Origin: Selaginella moellendorffii | Taxonomy: Eukaryota; Plantae; Lycopodiophyta | Assembly (NCBI RefSeq): GCF_000143415.4 | Contig: NW_003314371.1 | Span: 410,788 to 474,787, forward strand | Length of the DNA stretch: 64,000 bases | Direction of reading: 5' to 3' | Shown: piece by piece, positions 53,586-64,000 of the stretch | Layout of the letters: the number at the start of each line of letters is the position of its first letter | Position numbering within the stretch: the stretch's first letter is position 1 | Made by a program: the position numbers and the translations under genes | The notes under the pieces: generated by a model | Database searches by the model: none | Seen by the model: only the letters and a program-made list of their open reading frames with translations | What the model was told of the DNA's origin: nothing

Positions 53586-55052
53586 ATGGCATCGCATGAC
53601 GAGGAGATTTGCGCGGCGCTCACTCGCCTGGCGATGGCGGGCGACGGCATCGTCCTCGGCCTAGGTATGGCAGCGCTGGCGCTCCGGACCTGGCTCAAAT
53701 TTGGCTCCCACACCCGGGCGCTCAAGCAGGTGGAAGGCACGGCGCAGGTAGAAATTCACGATCTCCGGAGCTTGGTCGAGAGCGGTGAGAAAGAACCATC
53801 GTCGGACTCTTCCCCGCCGCTGGTAATCGTGAGAGGCCGAGTGGCTTTGCCGCCAAAGACGAGCAGCGAGGAGGTCCTGCTTGCGAGGAATCAAACAGAT
53901 TTGGCAGTCTTTGTGGAGAGAACGCAAACTGTGAGCATCTCGATTTCTTTCTTCTACTTAGAAAGAGAGTTTTCTGATCTTGTGAGCATTGGCAGTATCT
54001 CTTCAACGAGTGGAGAGGACTCTTTCGGTGGGGACCCGAATGGCGAGGCCTTTTAGGCTGGGGATCTCTCAAGGAGCAAGTCGCCTTCTCCAGGAGGAAG
54101 GTTAGTCGCCAACTTTTGTTGATGGTCTCTCAGTTCTTATGTTTTCTTGCGACTTTTAGATCCCGTTTGTTCTACTCGACAGTGATCCTCAATACGATGG
54201 TGCTTGTGTTCACATCAACATGGAAAATGTGGAGCATCCTTTGCCGCTTGTGACGGTGTTTCACCAGCTGCATCCAGTTCAAACATCGTCCTCCACTTTT
54301 CTTCAAGCAGTCTTCGGTCGACGGTACCCAGTACGCACAAATATCGTTTTCCCTTTGACCACGAAACGATTTGATTCTTGTTTGTTTTGTCAGGTTGGTG
54401 TCATCGACGAGGAAAAAATCCTTCCACTCAACCGAGAGATAACCGCTGTAGGATTCCTGAGCAAACATCCCCAAGGCCTCCCGGCTATTAAGTCTTCCAA
54501 CCAGATGCCTTTCTTCTTGTATGTACGCCTCAATCGTTTTTGACACTAATGCTTTTCTCCTGAGCCAGGACGGAGTTTAGCAGGGAAGAACTGATCGTGG
54601 AACTAACCAGCGCCACTCATGCTCTTTTCTGGACTGGGATCGTGATCAGCTCTCTGGCACTGGGAGTTATCGGCTATTCTGCCTTCAAGTAAGCTCTCCT
54701 CTTGTGTCTCTTCCATTCCAGCGAAGCTAACGCTCGCTCACTCCACAGGAACTGGTGTAAATGGAAAGAGTGGAGAAGGTTGCGGCAAATCCAGGAGGAG
54801 CTGCGCCGCGAGGAGCAAGTGATGGAGGAGGACGAGGAGCCGGCGACGACGCAGGAGGGGTCCGAGGTCCCGGACGGGCAACTGTGCGTGGTGTGCTTGC
54901 TGCGGAGGAAGCGAGCGGCATTCATTACGTGCGGCCATCGCGTCTGCTGCATGGGATGCGCTCGCCGAATCCGCCACAGCCAGAACGCCGCCAACGCGAG
55001 GTGCCCGGTGTGTAGGCAAAGCGTGAGCGGATATATCAGGGTATACGACTGA
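53586..55052 (+). CDS. SPL2: SP1-like (SPL2-type) membrane RING E3 ubiquitin ligase (GIDE domain + C3HC4 RING), multi-exon
   Basis: N-terminal GDGIVLGLGMA TM segment; VIVRGRV; HPLPLVTVFHQL; PVGVIDEEKILP; second TM; RING CVVC...RAAFITCGHRVCCMGC...CPVCRQ; telo-box ctagggtttaggg immediately upstream (~53563). Confidence 0.88.
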
Positions 55053-55164
55053 TTTCTCGGCCGATTCTTCAGAGCTCCAACGAGATGGGAGGTGGCGAGT
55101 CAGGTGGTAAAGTTGGCGACAATGTCTAAATAGACAGGATTTAAGAAGGGAAAGCTTCAACGTT

Positions 55165-55169
55165 GCGGG

Positions 55170-55212
<43 letters not shown>

Positions 55213-55237
55213 GCGTGTTCGATCCACGCTCACCGCA
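55165..55237 (+). tRNA. trnF-GAA: tRNA-Phe (GAA)
   Basis: GCGGGGATAGCTCAGTTGGGAGAGCGTCAGACTGAAGATCTGAAGGTCGCGTGTTCGATCCACGCTCACCGCA, the canonical plant cytosolic tRNA-Phe, followed by an oligo-T Pol III terminator at ~55250. Confidence 0.98.
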
Positions 55238-55537
55238 CGACCTGTTCTCTTTTTTTACGACCTTTTCTTCCTTTCCATTTTTTTTTTTACTGGATTTGAT
55301 GGTCAAAGTTGAAACGAGTAAACAAATAGTAAAACCCAGCGATTTCGCGGGCGCAACAAACAAACTGGAAGAAGAGTGTGTGCGCGTCACCGTCGATGAT
55401 CGCGATATCAAGGGTCCAGATGCGCGCATGGGTGTTTCCACTGATCATCCATCGATCCAGTTCTCGTGGCCGCCGGAGAGAAGGAAGAGTGATTTTACTC
55501 TGAAATTGCAGGGGATTGGAGAATTTGGAGGAGGCGA

Positions 55538-57607
55538 ATGGATTTGATCCTCCTGCTACTGGCGCTGCTGCTGGGGATCTTTGGAAGCAATCGCGCGAGC
55601 AGCCAGAGCCTCAACGCAACGGGACTGGAAAAGTTTGTGGACGAGCTCCCGCAAATCCCCGTCCTGTGCGCGTTCCAGGAGGAGCAATCCGGCGCGATGA
55701 TCAAGCCCGCCAATCTCACAATCGGGATGTTTCCAACGAGATGGGTGAGACCATACATTCGATCTTTCGATCGATCTCATCCATGCTGTGCTGTGCTGTG
55801 AATTCGATGCTTCCAGAAATTCCACCGCGATCTCCCTGCCACGCCAGTGTTTGCATACGGCCGGAGCCACAAGGAGGCGACCATTCCGGGGCCAACGATC
55901 GAGGCCCGGAATGGCATCCCCGTGGAGATTACGTGGGAGAATCACCTCCCCAAGAAGCACATCCTGCCGTTGGATCTCACCATCGCCACGGCCATTCCGC
56001 GCCACGGCGGAATCCCCACCGTCGTCCACCTCCATGGCGGGATGAACGATCCCGCCAGCGATGGCCACTCGCTCGCCTGGTTCACGCCCGGATTCAAGGA
56101 TCGCGGCCCGGCATGGCGCGCGAAATCTTCCTTCTATCGCAATGCGCAGGGCGCCGCCAATCTCTGGTATCACGATCACGCCATGGGGCTTACCAGGGCG
56201 AACATCCTCGCCGGGCTCTCGGGCGCGTACGTGATCCGCGACCCCGCGCTGGAGCGCCGGATGAATCTCCCCAGCGGCAAGGATTTCGATCGCGTCTTGA
56301 TCATCGCGGACCGGGATTTCAACAAGGACGGATCGATCTACATGAATTCCAAGGGCAACAATCCCAAGATCCATCCGCAGTGGCAAGTAAGAACGAAATC
56401 TCTGGATTTCTTGGTGTCCTTGGAAGAAGTTGTTGCGATCTTGATCGATGTGTTCTTGGTGTTCTAGCCAGAATATTTCGGCTCGGTGATCCTGGTGAAT
56501 GGAAAGGCCTGGCCTTTCCTCCGCGTCGCCAAGCGCAAGTACCGGTTCCGGATCATCAACAGCAGCAATGCTCGATTCTACGAGCTCCGCCTCTCCGATC
56601 ATAGCGCTGGATCCTCCAGCAACGACGATTCCGGCTCGCTGCTGACCTTCACGCAAATCGGCTCCGACGCATTCTATCTCCCCCGCCCGATCCGCGCCAG
56701 GCGACTCACGATCGCGCCCTCGGAGATCCAGGACGTGATCATCGATTTCACCCAGGCGCGACGGGACGAGGTCCTGCTCAGGAACACGGCGGCGTTCCCA
56801 TTCCCTGGCGGCGACGCGGTCGATTCCAACAATGGCGTGGTGATGAAATTCCTCGTTGCGCCCAGATCGTCGCAGCAGCTGGATCCCAGCACAATCCCGC
56901 GCTTCCTGGTTCCCATCCAGCGCCTGGCGATCGAGCAATCCTCCAGCGCCCGCCAGATCAACCTCTACGAATTCGTGAGCTCCTCCGACGAGCCGACGCA
57001 CCTGTGGATCAACGCGCTGCCCTTCGACGCCCCCGCCACGGAGACGCCGCGATGCGGCAGCACCGAGCTGTGGAGCGTGATCAACCTCACCGAGGACAAT
57101 CACCCGCTCCACCTCCACCTCGCCGCCTTCCAGGTGATCGACGAGGCGCGGCTTAGCAGCGCCGAGGATCTCCGCCGCTGCCTACTGGCCAACGGGAACC
57201 GGATGAACGCCTCGTGCAACGCGGCGCGATTCATCGATCGATCCAGCCCGAGGAGGCGCCCGCCGCGCAACGAGGCCGGGTGGAAGAATGTGTACAAGAT
57301 GAAGCCCGGGTACCTCACCAGGTTCCTCGTGCGATTCGCGGGCATCGACGGGCGGCCATATCCTTTCGACGCATCCGCGGAGCCGGGCTACGCATACCAC
57401 TGTCACGTAAGTTCTTCCAAGAACCCTAGAAACGGGTTCTACCGTACTCAAGTACGGTAGAACACCCCTATGTTCGTACTACATGCTGCCGTACGCACGT
57501 TCTCGTCCGTACTGACACATCTTGTCGTTCTAAGCTTTTCTGTTCTGGCTTTGCAGATTTTGGACCACGAAGACAACGAGATGATGAGACCATTGAAGCT
57601 GCGATAG
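55538..57607 (+). CDS. LPR: Multicopper oxidase LPR1/LPR2-like (ferroxidase); exons 55538-55744, 55817-56386, 56468-57406, 57557-57607
   Basis: Signal peptide; LEKFVDELP; Cu motifs VHLHGG, WYHDH, HPLHLHL and [16 protein letters not shown]; HPQWQPEYFG. Confidence 0.95.
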
Positions 57608-58094
57608 TAGAGGCGCCAAATAGTTCTACCTTTCCAGATCCTTTTCGGCCCCTCCAAATCGTGGACACTGTTGACAACGAAGAACTTCCAGGCATGCTTT
57701 TGTTTTCTCTTTCGCTCTCACTCTCGCTGTTTCTTTGCGACGAAAGAGAAAGCTCAAGCACGCAGAGTTTGCCGCCTAAAGTTCTCGTGCTCAAGTGCTC
57801 CAACTGGCGAAAAATCTCGTCCCAGTGCTCGGCGGAATATCGAAACCACTAGCGCTCGCACTCACAACATGCATGAAGTCTAGATGCCAGACATTATTAT
57901 GTTTGCCAAAAGAGCGTCTTGTAAAAAGAGAAAACCAATAGACCGCTTTTCAAAATCTCCACAAGTATAAATCTAAGTACCTGAAAGCGTGGCCATGCCA
58001 AGAGAATGGAATCCCCAGAAATATCAAAAGAAATCATCGCAAACGAACTATCTGTACACCGTATGTGTCCCTGTCCCTGTGATCACGGGGCAGA

Positions 58095-59658
58095 TTACTT
58101 CTTCTTTTTCTTTCCTCCACCGCCACCACCACCGCTCTGCACAAACTTCCGGCCTTTCTCGATCGACTTCTTCAATTCATCTTTCATCGCTTCTAGTCCC
58201 TTTTGTTCGTAGTCTGAGAGGCTTCCTAGCTCTAAAATCTCGTCCACTCCCTCTTTCCCCAACCGAACCTATCAAGCCATTGCGCTATCAGGAACTTTAC
58301 TCGTTTCACATAAAAGAAAAAACGTACCTTGGACGAGAAGAACGACAACCCGGGAACTACTGACGATTCCACGTACGTGCATTCTATCACGTTATTAACA
58401 CCGTTCAATCCCTTTAAACAGGCCTCGGCAAAGAGAGCTCCAGCATATCTGGATAAAGTTGAAGAACGAGAGTGTGTTGTTAACAATGGAGTTCCTGACA
58501 AAAAAGAGAGCTTACGCCATGGATAACGTCGCAGAGCCTTTTCCGGCTTTCGCCTTGACAACCTCCGTGCCACCGTCTTGTGTCCGCTTGGTTAGAGCAT
58601 CGAGCTCTTTTGTTGACAAGGAAACTTTGGGACTTGCCTGTCAGCCATGCAACTGAGTTCATTGAACGGGTTCACTATATAATTCGAAAGAATGATCTGT
58701 TGTAAACCAGAAAAATGCAAGAAAAACAACCTGAGAGAAAAGCGGCAAGATAGTGGCGCCAGCATGACCTCCAATGACAGGAAGATCAACCTCTTCGATT
58801 CAGAAAAAAAAAAAAAAAGGAAAAGAAAGAGATAACGATGTTAATTCCTTTAAAAGTGATCACAGGCACTTTCTTACCAGATGGATTGAGCTTCTTCGCT
58901 GATGCCAAGAACGTCCTTGCTCGCACGACATCAAGCGTAGTAACGCCAAACAATCTGCTGGGATCGTAAGTCCCAGATTTCTTAAACACCTCCGCTGCTA
59001 TAGGCACTGTCGAGTTCACGGGATTGCTGATAATATTCACCAGCGCCTGACGATAGTCCAAAGATTACAGGATGAGAAGCGAGAAATGAAGGTACCTTGG
59101 GGCAGTTCTTCGCAACAGCGGCGCACAACGTTTGGACAATACCAGCATTTATGTTGAAAAGATCATCCCGATCCATTCCCGGCTTGCGAGGAACTCCAGC
59201 TGGGATAATGACGAGATCTGCATCCTTGAGGCATTTGCCAAGATTTTCCTCTCCTGCAAAGCCTGCCACCTAAATTCAGAAGTTAGAAGAGAAAGAGAAA
59301 AACGAAGGACAAAAATTCTGGCAATTTTTCTCTTTTACCTGCTTAAGTTTTGAGAAGGAAGAAATCCTGCCCAAGAACATCACAGCAACAGCTCAAATTC
59401 TACCTGTGCCCTGGAATTGACGTGACTGACATCCGCGGCGACGCCAGGAGTGCCCACAATGTCATACAAGCCCAAATCCGACACGAGAGGGCTGAGCTTC
59501 ATGAGCAGCGATAGCGGCTGGCCGATCCCTCCATTGGCCCCCAGAATCACTACCTTGCGCTTGGCGGAGGACGCAGACCTCGCGAACGCCCGGCGCAGCA
59601 CGAGCCTGGACGCCTCCATTGCTGTAGCCCTAAGAATCCCCGCTGCCCTAAAATTCAT
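58095..59658 (-). CDS. mMDH: Mitochondrial NAD-malate dehydrogenase, multi-exon
   Basis: Arg-rich presequence; [18 protein letters not shown]; [24 protein letters not shown]; [10 protein letters not shown]; VTTLDVVRA; GGHAG; [21 protein letters not shown]; ends ..[20 protein letters not shown]. Confidence 0.96.
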
Positions 59659-60197
59659 GTGATTTTAAGCGCCATAGAGAAATGCCACGCTGGCATAAAT
59701 GTCTTGGCGCGTAAGATTCGAACCCACATAGCATAAAAAAGCCCTAACATGGTTTGGTTTTCGCCGCCAAGGGGTGACCTAATCTTGGAGCCACAACAAT
59801 ATCCAGCGGTTGGGCGAATCGGAGGGGAATTGGCGTGGCACGTGGCGCGCTCCTGTTGGGCAGCGCTCTCTATGCCATTGTGCCTTGTCTAGAAAACCCT
59901 TACTCTGGTTTCGCCGCGCACAGGAGCAGAGGAGCGCCGCGAGGGAGAGAGAGAGGCTCTCGATTCTCTATCGCCTTGGATCGCAGCGATTGTGGCAGCG
60001 GTCGGCGGCGCCACGCAGGTGAGTGAGCGCTTGCTCGAGCGAATGATTGATTGACTGATTGATATTGGATTGAGCTAAAGCGGCTGATTCGTGTTTTCTA
60101 GGGTTCGTGGGAGCGAAATTCACTGCCCGTGCTGCGATTCGAAGGCGCTGCGAGGCTCCTGCGCGTTGCGACAAGGGTGGCTGCAGTAGTTTCTTTT

Positions 60198-60392
60198 ATG
60201 TCTGAAGGCGTCGCCATATACTTGGGTTTGGTTGGGTTGCTTGGGCAGTACTGCCCTACAACGAGGAACAGACATAAGCCGCAGGAGCTCGCCTCTCTGC
60301 CCGCCATCGCCACCGCCACCTTGGTGCTGCATGCGGCAACTCTCGGCCCCCAGGAAGAGCTCCTCCAGGACCCCGGCATCATCCTGAGCTGA
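60198..60392 (+). promoter_or_regulatory. Peptide-encoding uORF (64 aa) in the eIF5 leader with a weak-context AUG
   Basis: ttttATGt start; MSEGVAIYLGLVGLLGQYCPTTRNRHKPQEL...LLQDPGIILS*; ends 48 nt before the eIF5 AUG (strong context aacATGg); preceded by a 5'UTR intron 60019-60100. Confidence 0.75.
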
Positions 60393-60440
60393 TCCTCACC
60401 TCCAGCGCGTCCTCTTTTTTCTTCCTTCGGAAACACCAAC

Positions 60441-61808
60441 ATGGCGCTCCTCAACATCGGTGCTAGCAACAAGGATGACGCCTTCTACAGGTACAAGATG
60501 CCCCGGCTGATGACCAAGATCGAGGGCCGCGGCAATGGTATCAAGACCAACATCGTCAACATGGTGGACGTTGCCAAGGCGCTCGCCCGCCCCCCGGCCT
60601 ACACGACCAAGTACTTTGGCTGCGAGTTGGGAGCGCAGTCGAAGTTTGATGAGAAGACGGGGACCTCGATCGTGAACGGGGCTCACGACCACGGGAAGCT
60701 GGCGGCGTTGCTGGAGCACTTCATCAAGAAGTACGTGCAGTGCTATGGCTGTAGCAACCCGGAAACTGAGATACTTGTGAGCAAGGCGGGGATGATCACG
60801 CTCAACTGCGCGGCTTGTGGCTACATCTCCAACGTGGACATGCGGGACAAGCTGACGACGTTCATTGTGAAGAACCCGCCCGAGCAGAAGAAGTCGGGCA
60901 AGGACAAGAAGCTGCGCCGGGCCGAGAAGGAGCGGCTGCAGGAGGGCGAGCTTGCGGACGAGGAGATGAAGAAGTCCAAGAAGGAAGGTAGCCGGAAGAA
61001 GAAGGACGAGGACAAGAAGGCGCCCAAGAAGAAGCCCGGGTCTGACGAGGAGGAGGAACTCTCGCCCGTGGCGAGCCAGGCGGACGACGAGGAGGTGGCG
61101 GAGGACGAGGACGACGTGCAGTGGCAGGCCGATACCTCTGCTGAGGCGGCAAAGCAGCGGATGAAGGAGCAGCTCACCAGCGTGACGACGGAGATGGTGA
61201 TGCTGGCGGAGCCCGAGGAGAACAAGCCGGTGGACTCCCCCCGCGTGGGCGTCGGCGGCGGCAAGTCGAAGATGAGGAAGTCCCTCTCGTCCAAGAAGTC
61301 GGATATCAAGGAGGCCGACATTCCCAAGCTCCAGGAGCTGAGCCTGCACGACAAGCTGGTGAAGGATCTCAAGGGGAAGATCGCGAGCGGCTGCTCCGCC
61401 GCCGAGGCCGCGTCCCTGGTGCTCAACAAGCCGGATCCGCCGCTGGACGTGATGGTGGCCTACTTCCAGGCGTTGTTCGACGGCGTGAGCAAGGATCTGT
61501 TCAAGGAGGTGAAGAAGTCCAAGGAGTACCTCGAAGCGGTGGTGCAGGACGAGAGCTGCCAGAAGAACTTGCTGGTGGCGATGGAGGTGTTCGCGTCCAC
61601 CGGGGTGGACGTGTCCAAGCAGATGCTCTTGGTGCTCAAGTTCCTGTACGACGCGGACGTGCTGGAGGAGGAGCACATCCTCGAGTGGTATTCGTCCAAG
61701 CCATCGCCGCTGGTGGGAGCCAAGGCCGAGAACGTCAAGAAGGCGGTGGAGCCGTTCATACAGTGGCTGGAGAACGCCGAGGCCGAGACCGAGACGGAGG
61801 ACGAGTAG
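60441..61808 (+). CDS. eIF5: Eukaryotic translation initiation factor 5
   Basis: [19 protein letters not shown]; [10 protein letters not shown]; CYGCSNPET...CAACG zinc finger; W2 domain [15 protein letters not shown]...[10 protein letters not shown]. Confidence 0.98.
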   Translation: MALLNIGASNKDDAFYRYKMPRLMTKIEGRGNGIKTNIVNMVDVAKALARPPAYTTKYFGCELGAQSKFDEKTGTSIVNGAHDHGKLAALLEHFIKKYVQCYGCSNPETEILVSKAGMITLNCAACGYISNVDMRDKLTTFIVKNPPEQKKSGKDKKLRRAEKERLQEGELADEEMKKSKKEGSRKKKDEDKKAPKKKPGSDEEEELSPVASQADDEEVAEDEDDVQWQADTSAEAAKQRMKEQLTSVTTEMVMLAEPEENKPVDSPRVGVGGGKSKMRKSLSSKKSDIKEADIPKLQELSLHDKLVKDLKGKIASGCSAAEAASLVLNKPDPPLDVMVAYFQALFDGVSKDLFKEVKKSKEYLEAVVQDESCQKNLLVAMEVFASTGVDVSKQMLLVLKFLYDADVLEEEHILEWYSSKPSPLVGAKAENVKKAVEPFIQWLENAEAETETEDE

Positions 61809-62010
61809 AGGATGCTACGCGCTGGGCTGGCTTGGATTTCTTCTTCGTTCTTTCTTTCTTCCATCTGGGTTTGATCGTGTGCGTGTGTGTGTGGCGCTTG
61901 CTTCCCTATGGTTTTTTATTGTGTGTGTTCTTCATCCTCTTCACGAAATAATAAACTTTTATAATGTTCTGGAACCTTATAGTTTAAGAATACAGAGGAA
62001 GGAGAGAAGC

Positions 62011-62027
62011 CCCTAGGGTTAGGGTTC
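62011..62027. promoter_or_regulatory. Telo-box-like element upstream of ATG13
   Basis: ccctagggttagggtt. Confidence 0.5.
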
Positions 62028-62291
62028 CACGACGGGCGCTACTATCTCTCTCCTCCATCGAGGTAAACCCAGGCGGCAGTGGAGGGGGAGATCGCCATGA
62101 GATTTGCGCATCACGGCAGCAATGGAGGGGGAGACGCTGTCGGATTCCATTCCCAGGGAAAAGGGAGAAGCCTTTTGCGCGAGTTCTTGTGACGCCGGGG
62201 AAGGGAGGAGAGAGAGGGCATGGGGTGATCGTTCGGTCATGCGGGGCAAGCAAGAACAGGAGGAGGAAGAACAGCGCCACGAGTGACGACA

Positions 62292-64000
62292 ATGGCGGGC
62301 TCCTTGTCAATGTCCAAGACGGAGCAGATCATTGTCGAGTTTTTCGTCAAATGCCTCCACATCATTCTCGAGGCCAGGATCCCGTGCTCCTCCTCCAACT
62401 CCTCGTCGCAGCCAGGTAGGGATTCGCCCTCTCCGGCCTCCTCCTCCTCCTCCAAGGACCGCTGGTTTAATCTGGTGCTTGGGGACTGCCCCGCGGCGCT
62501 GGAGAGCGCGGAGCCCTGGAGGAGGGGCCCCGGAGATCATCCTCCCATGGTGGTGGACATTCTCCTGGATAGATCTTCCGGGGATCACAGGTTTCGTGGA
62601 GGAGGAGGGCCGGGGACTCCGGACTCGTGGAGCGAAGGGGAGGTCGAGGACTCTTACGGGACAGTGCTCGAGAGATGGACGATCAGCCACGAGCGGTTTA
62701 GCCAGCGACGCAGCGGGTCTAGCAGCAGCCACGCGCTAGAAGTTCCAGGGATTTACAAGCGCGCCACCATCCTCATGAGGACGCTCTACTGCTCGGTCCG
62801 GACTCTCCCGGCCCATCGCCTCTTCCACCTCGCCACCTCGTCGTCGCAGAGCCGGAGCTTCAGCCTGGGTTTCAAGGTCTGGGCGTCGCCGCCACCATTG
62901 CTCCCGGATGAAGCGGCCATGGAAGTTCGCGGCTTTGCTCCAGTGGAGACCCCGATGGGCCGGCTGGCCGTCTCGGTGGCGTACCGCCACACCACCGCCG
63001 TGACCGCGCTGGAGGTGACTCCCGCGATTCTTCCCAGGATCATCGCGGACTACGTTGGCAGCCCCACGACGGATCCTTTGCGGAGGCTGTCGGCGGACTC
63101 TTTCACGGGGTCGGTTCCTTGCGGGGGGATTTCTGGAAGGCGGGGAGTTCACGTTGTCTCCGTGCCAACTTCCGTGCCGAGCCCGCCATCCGGGATTGGA
63201 CGCCGCCACAGCTGGGGTGGCGGGCTCAACAAGCTCCAGTCGCCGACGCTTCTGCCACCTTCGTCACCATCTTTCGGCAGCTCGCCCTCCTCTCGCCAGC
63301 ACTCCCCGGTTGCTCCTCCGACTACCAGGACCAACCATAGCCAGCCGATTCCAATCTACGAGCAGCAGCAGCAGAGGTCGAGGCTCTCTCCGCCGAATCC
63401 CTCGCCGCCGGGGACGTGCCACTCGCTGGAGAGCAGCCTTGCCAGATACTTGCCGAGGCACTCCACCGCGCCGGTTAGCATCCCAAAGCCTTCGAGCGTC
63501 CGGGGCCTGCACGACAGGAGTGCGCTTCCTCCGCCAACTCCGAGGAGGAGCTTCGAGCAGCCACCTCAGCATGTCTACGCGAGCTCCAATCTCTCCGGTG
63601 CCCGAGGGGATGTGCCCCCACGGCTGTCGGCGTCGACGCTCGCAGAATCGATGCTGCTGATATCTCCTCCTCATCCATACCAATCGAGTCAGGTAAGCAT
63701 GTTTCTTACGGTTCTCTTTGTGCCGCTTGGCTGACTTTGTCCACTTAGGGAGATGAAGGGCCTCCCTCTGGTGTCAAGCGTTCCCTCTACGGCTCCCCTC
63801 GCGTCTCGCTGTCGAGATCGTCCAGCAAACTCCGTGACGACACGGACGACGAGGAATTCGCTTGTCCCTTCGCGGTGGACGAGGACGACGAGGAGCTCCA
63901 AAGCAGGTTTGTTTGGAGTGTTTGTTTTTCCGGATCTTTTCTCTGTCCTCACACTTTGTAACTATCAGAAGTCCCCGGACTCGACATACCAATGTCTTCG
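62292..64000 (+). CDS. ATG13: Autophagy protein ATG13, 5' part (runs off the window); exon 1 62292-63692, exon 2 63749-63906
   Basis: EQIIVEFFVKCLHIILEARIP; DRWFNLVLGDCP; VLERW; IYKRATILMRTLYC.VR.LPA; GRLAVSVAYR; II.DYVGSP..DPL; RRHSW; DDEEFACPFAVD. Confidence 0.93.

Noticed and set aside
55556-57118. 520-aa antisense ORF over LPR
   Set aside because: Shadow of GC3-rich codons on the sense gene; no recognisable domain.
60040-60080. miR171-like fragments (gatattgg, ttgagc)
   Set aside because: Low-complexity (GATT)n intron sequence with no full mature sequence or hairpin.
60396-61676. 426-aa antisense ORF over eIF5
   Set aside because: Leu/His-rich mirror of Lys/Glu/Asp codons; typical antisense artefact.

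Overview
Gene-dense plant nuclear DNA. Short 50-110 bp GT-AG introns, tiny intergenic spacers and intronless PPR genes built largely from ~31-aa short motifs suggest a lycophyte such as Selaginella (inference). Left arm (1-29 kb): three alpha-expansins plus two expansin remnants, two tandem class III peroxidases, an ABCC/MRP transporter, a HAD 5'-nucleotidase head-to-head with a tiny spliced RPL41 gene missed by the ORF track, an RLP29/PII-2-like LRR protein, and a PPR-E gene followed by a PPR pseudogene. Middle (29-42 kb): a CpG-depleted transposon graveyard containing a 1.57-kb internally deleted Copia element (both LTRs, PBS, 5-bp TSD) and several decayed LTR-like repeats that carry the 5S rRNA internal promoter segment (Cassandra-like TRIM). 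Right arm (42-64 kb): a small conserved poly-Q protein, a JMJ14/16-type H3K4 demethylase, two PPR-E ORFs in the same frame separated by one TGA, a phase-1 micro-exon gene for a secreted Pro/Lys/Met-rich protein (also missed by the ORF track), an SPL2-like RING E3, tRNA-Phe, LPR multicopper oxidase, mitochondrial MDH with a G7K5 tail, eIF5 with a long weak-context uORF, and the 5' part of ATG13. All alignments were made by eye and exon coordinates counted by hand.
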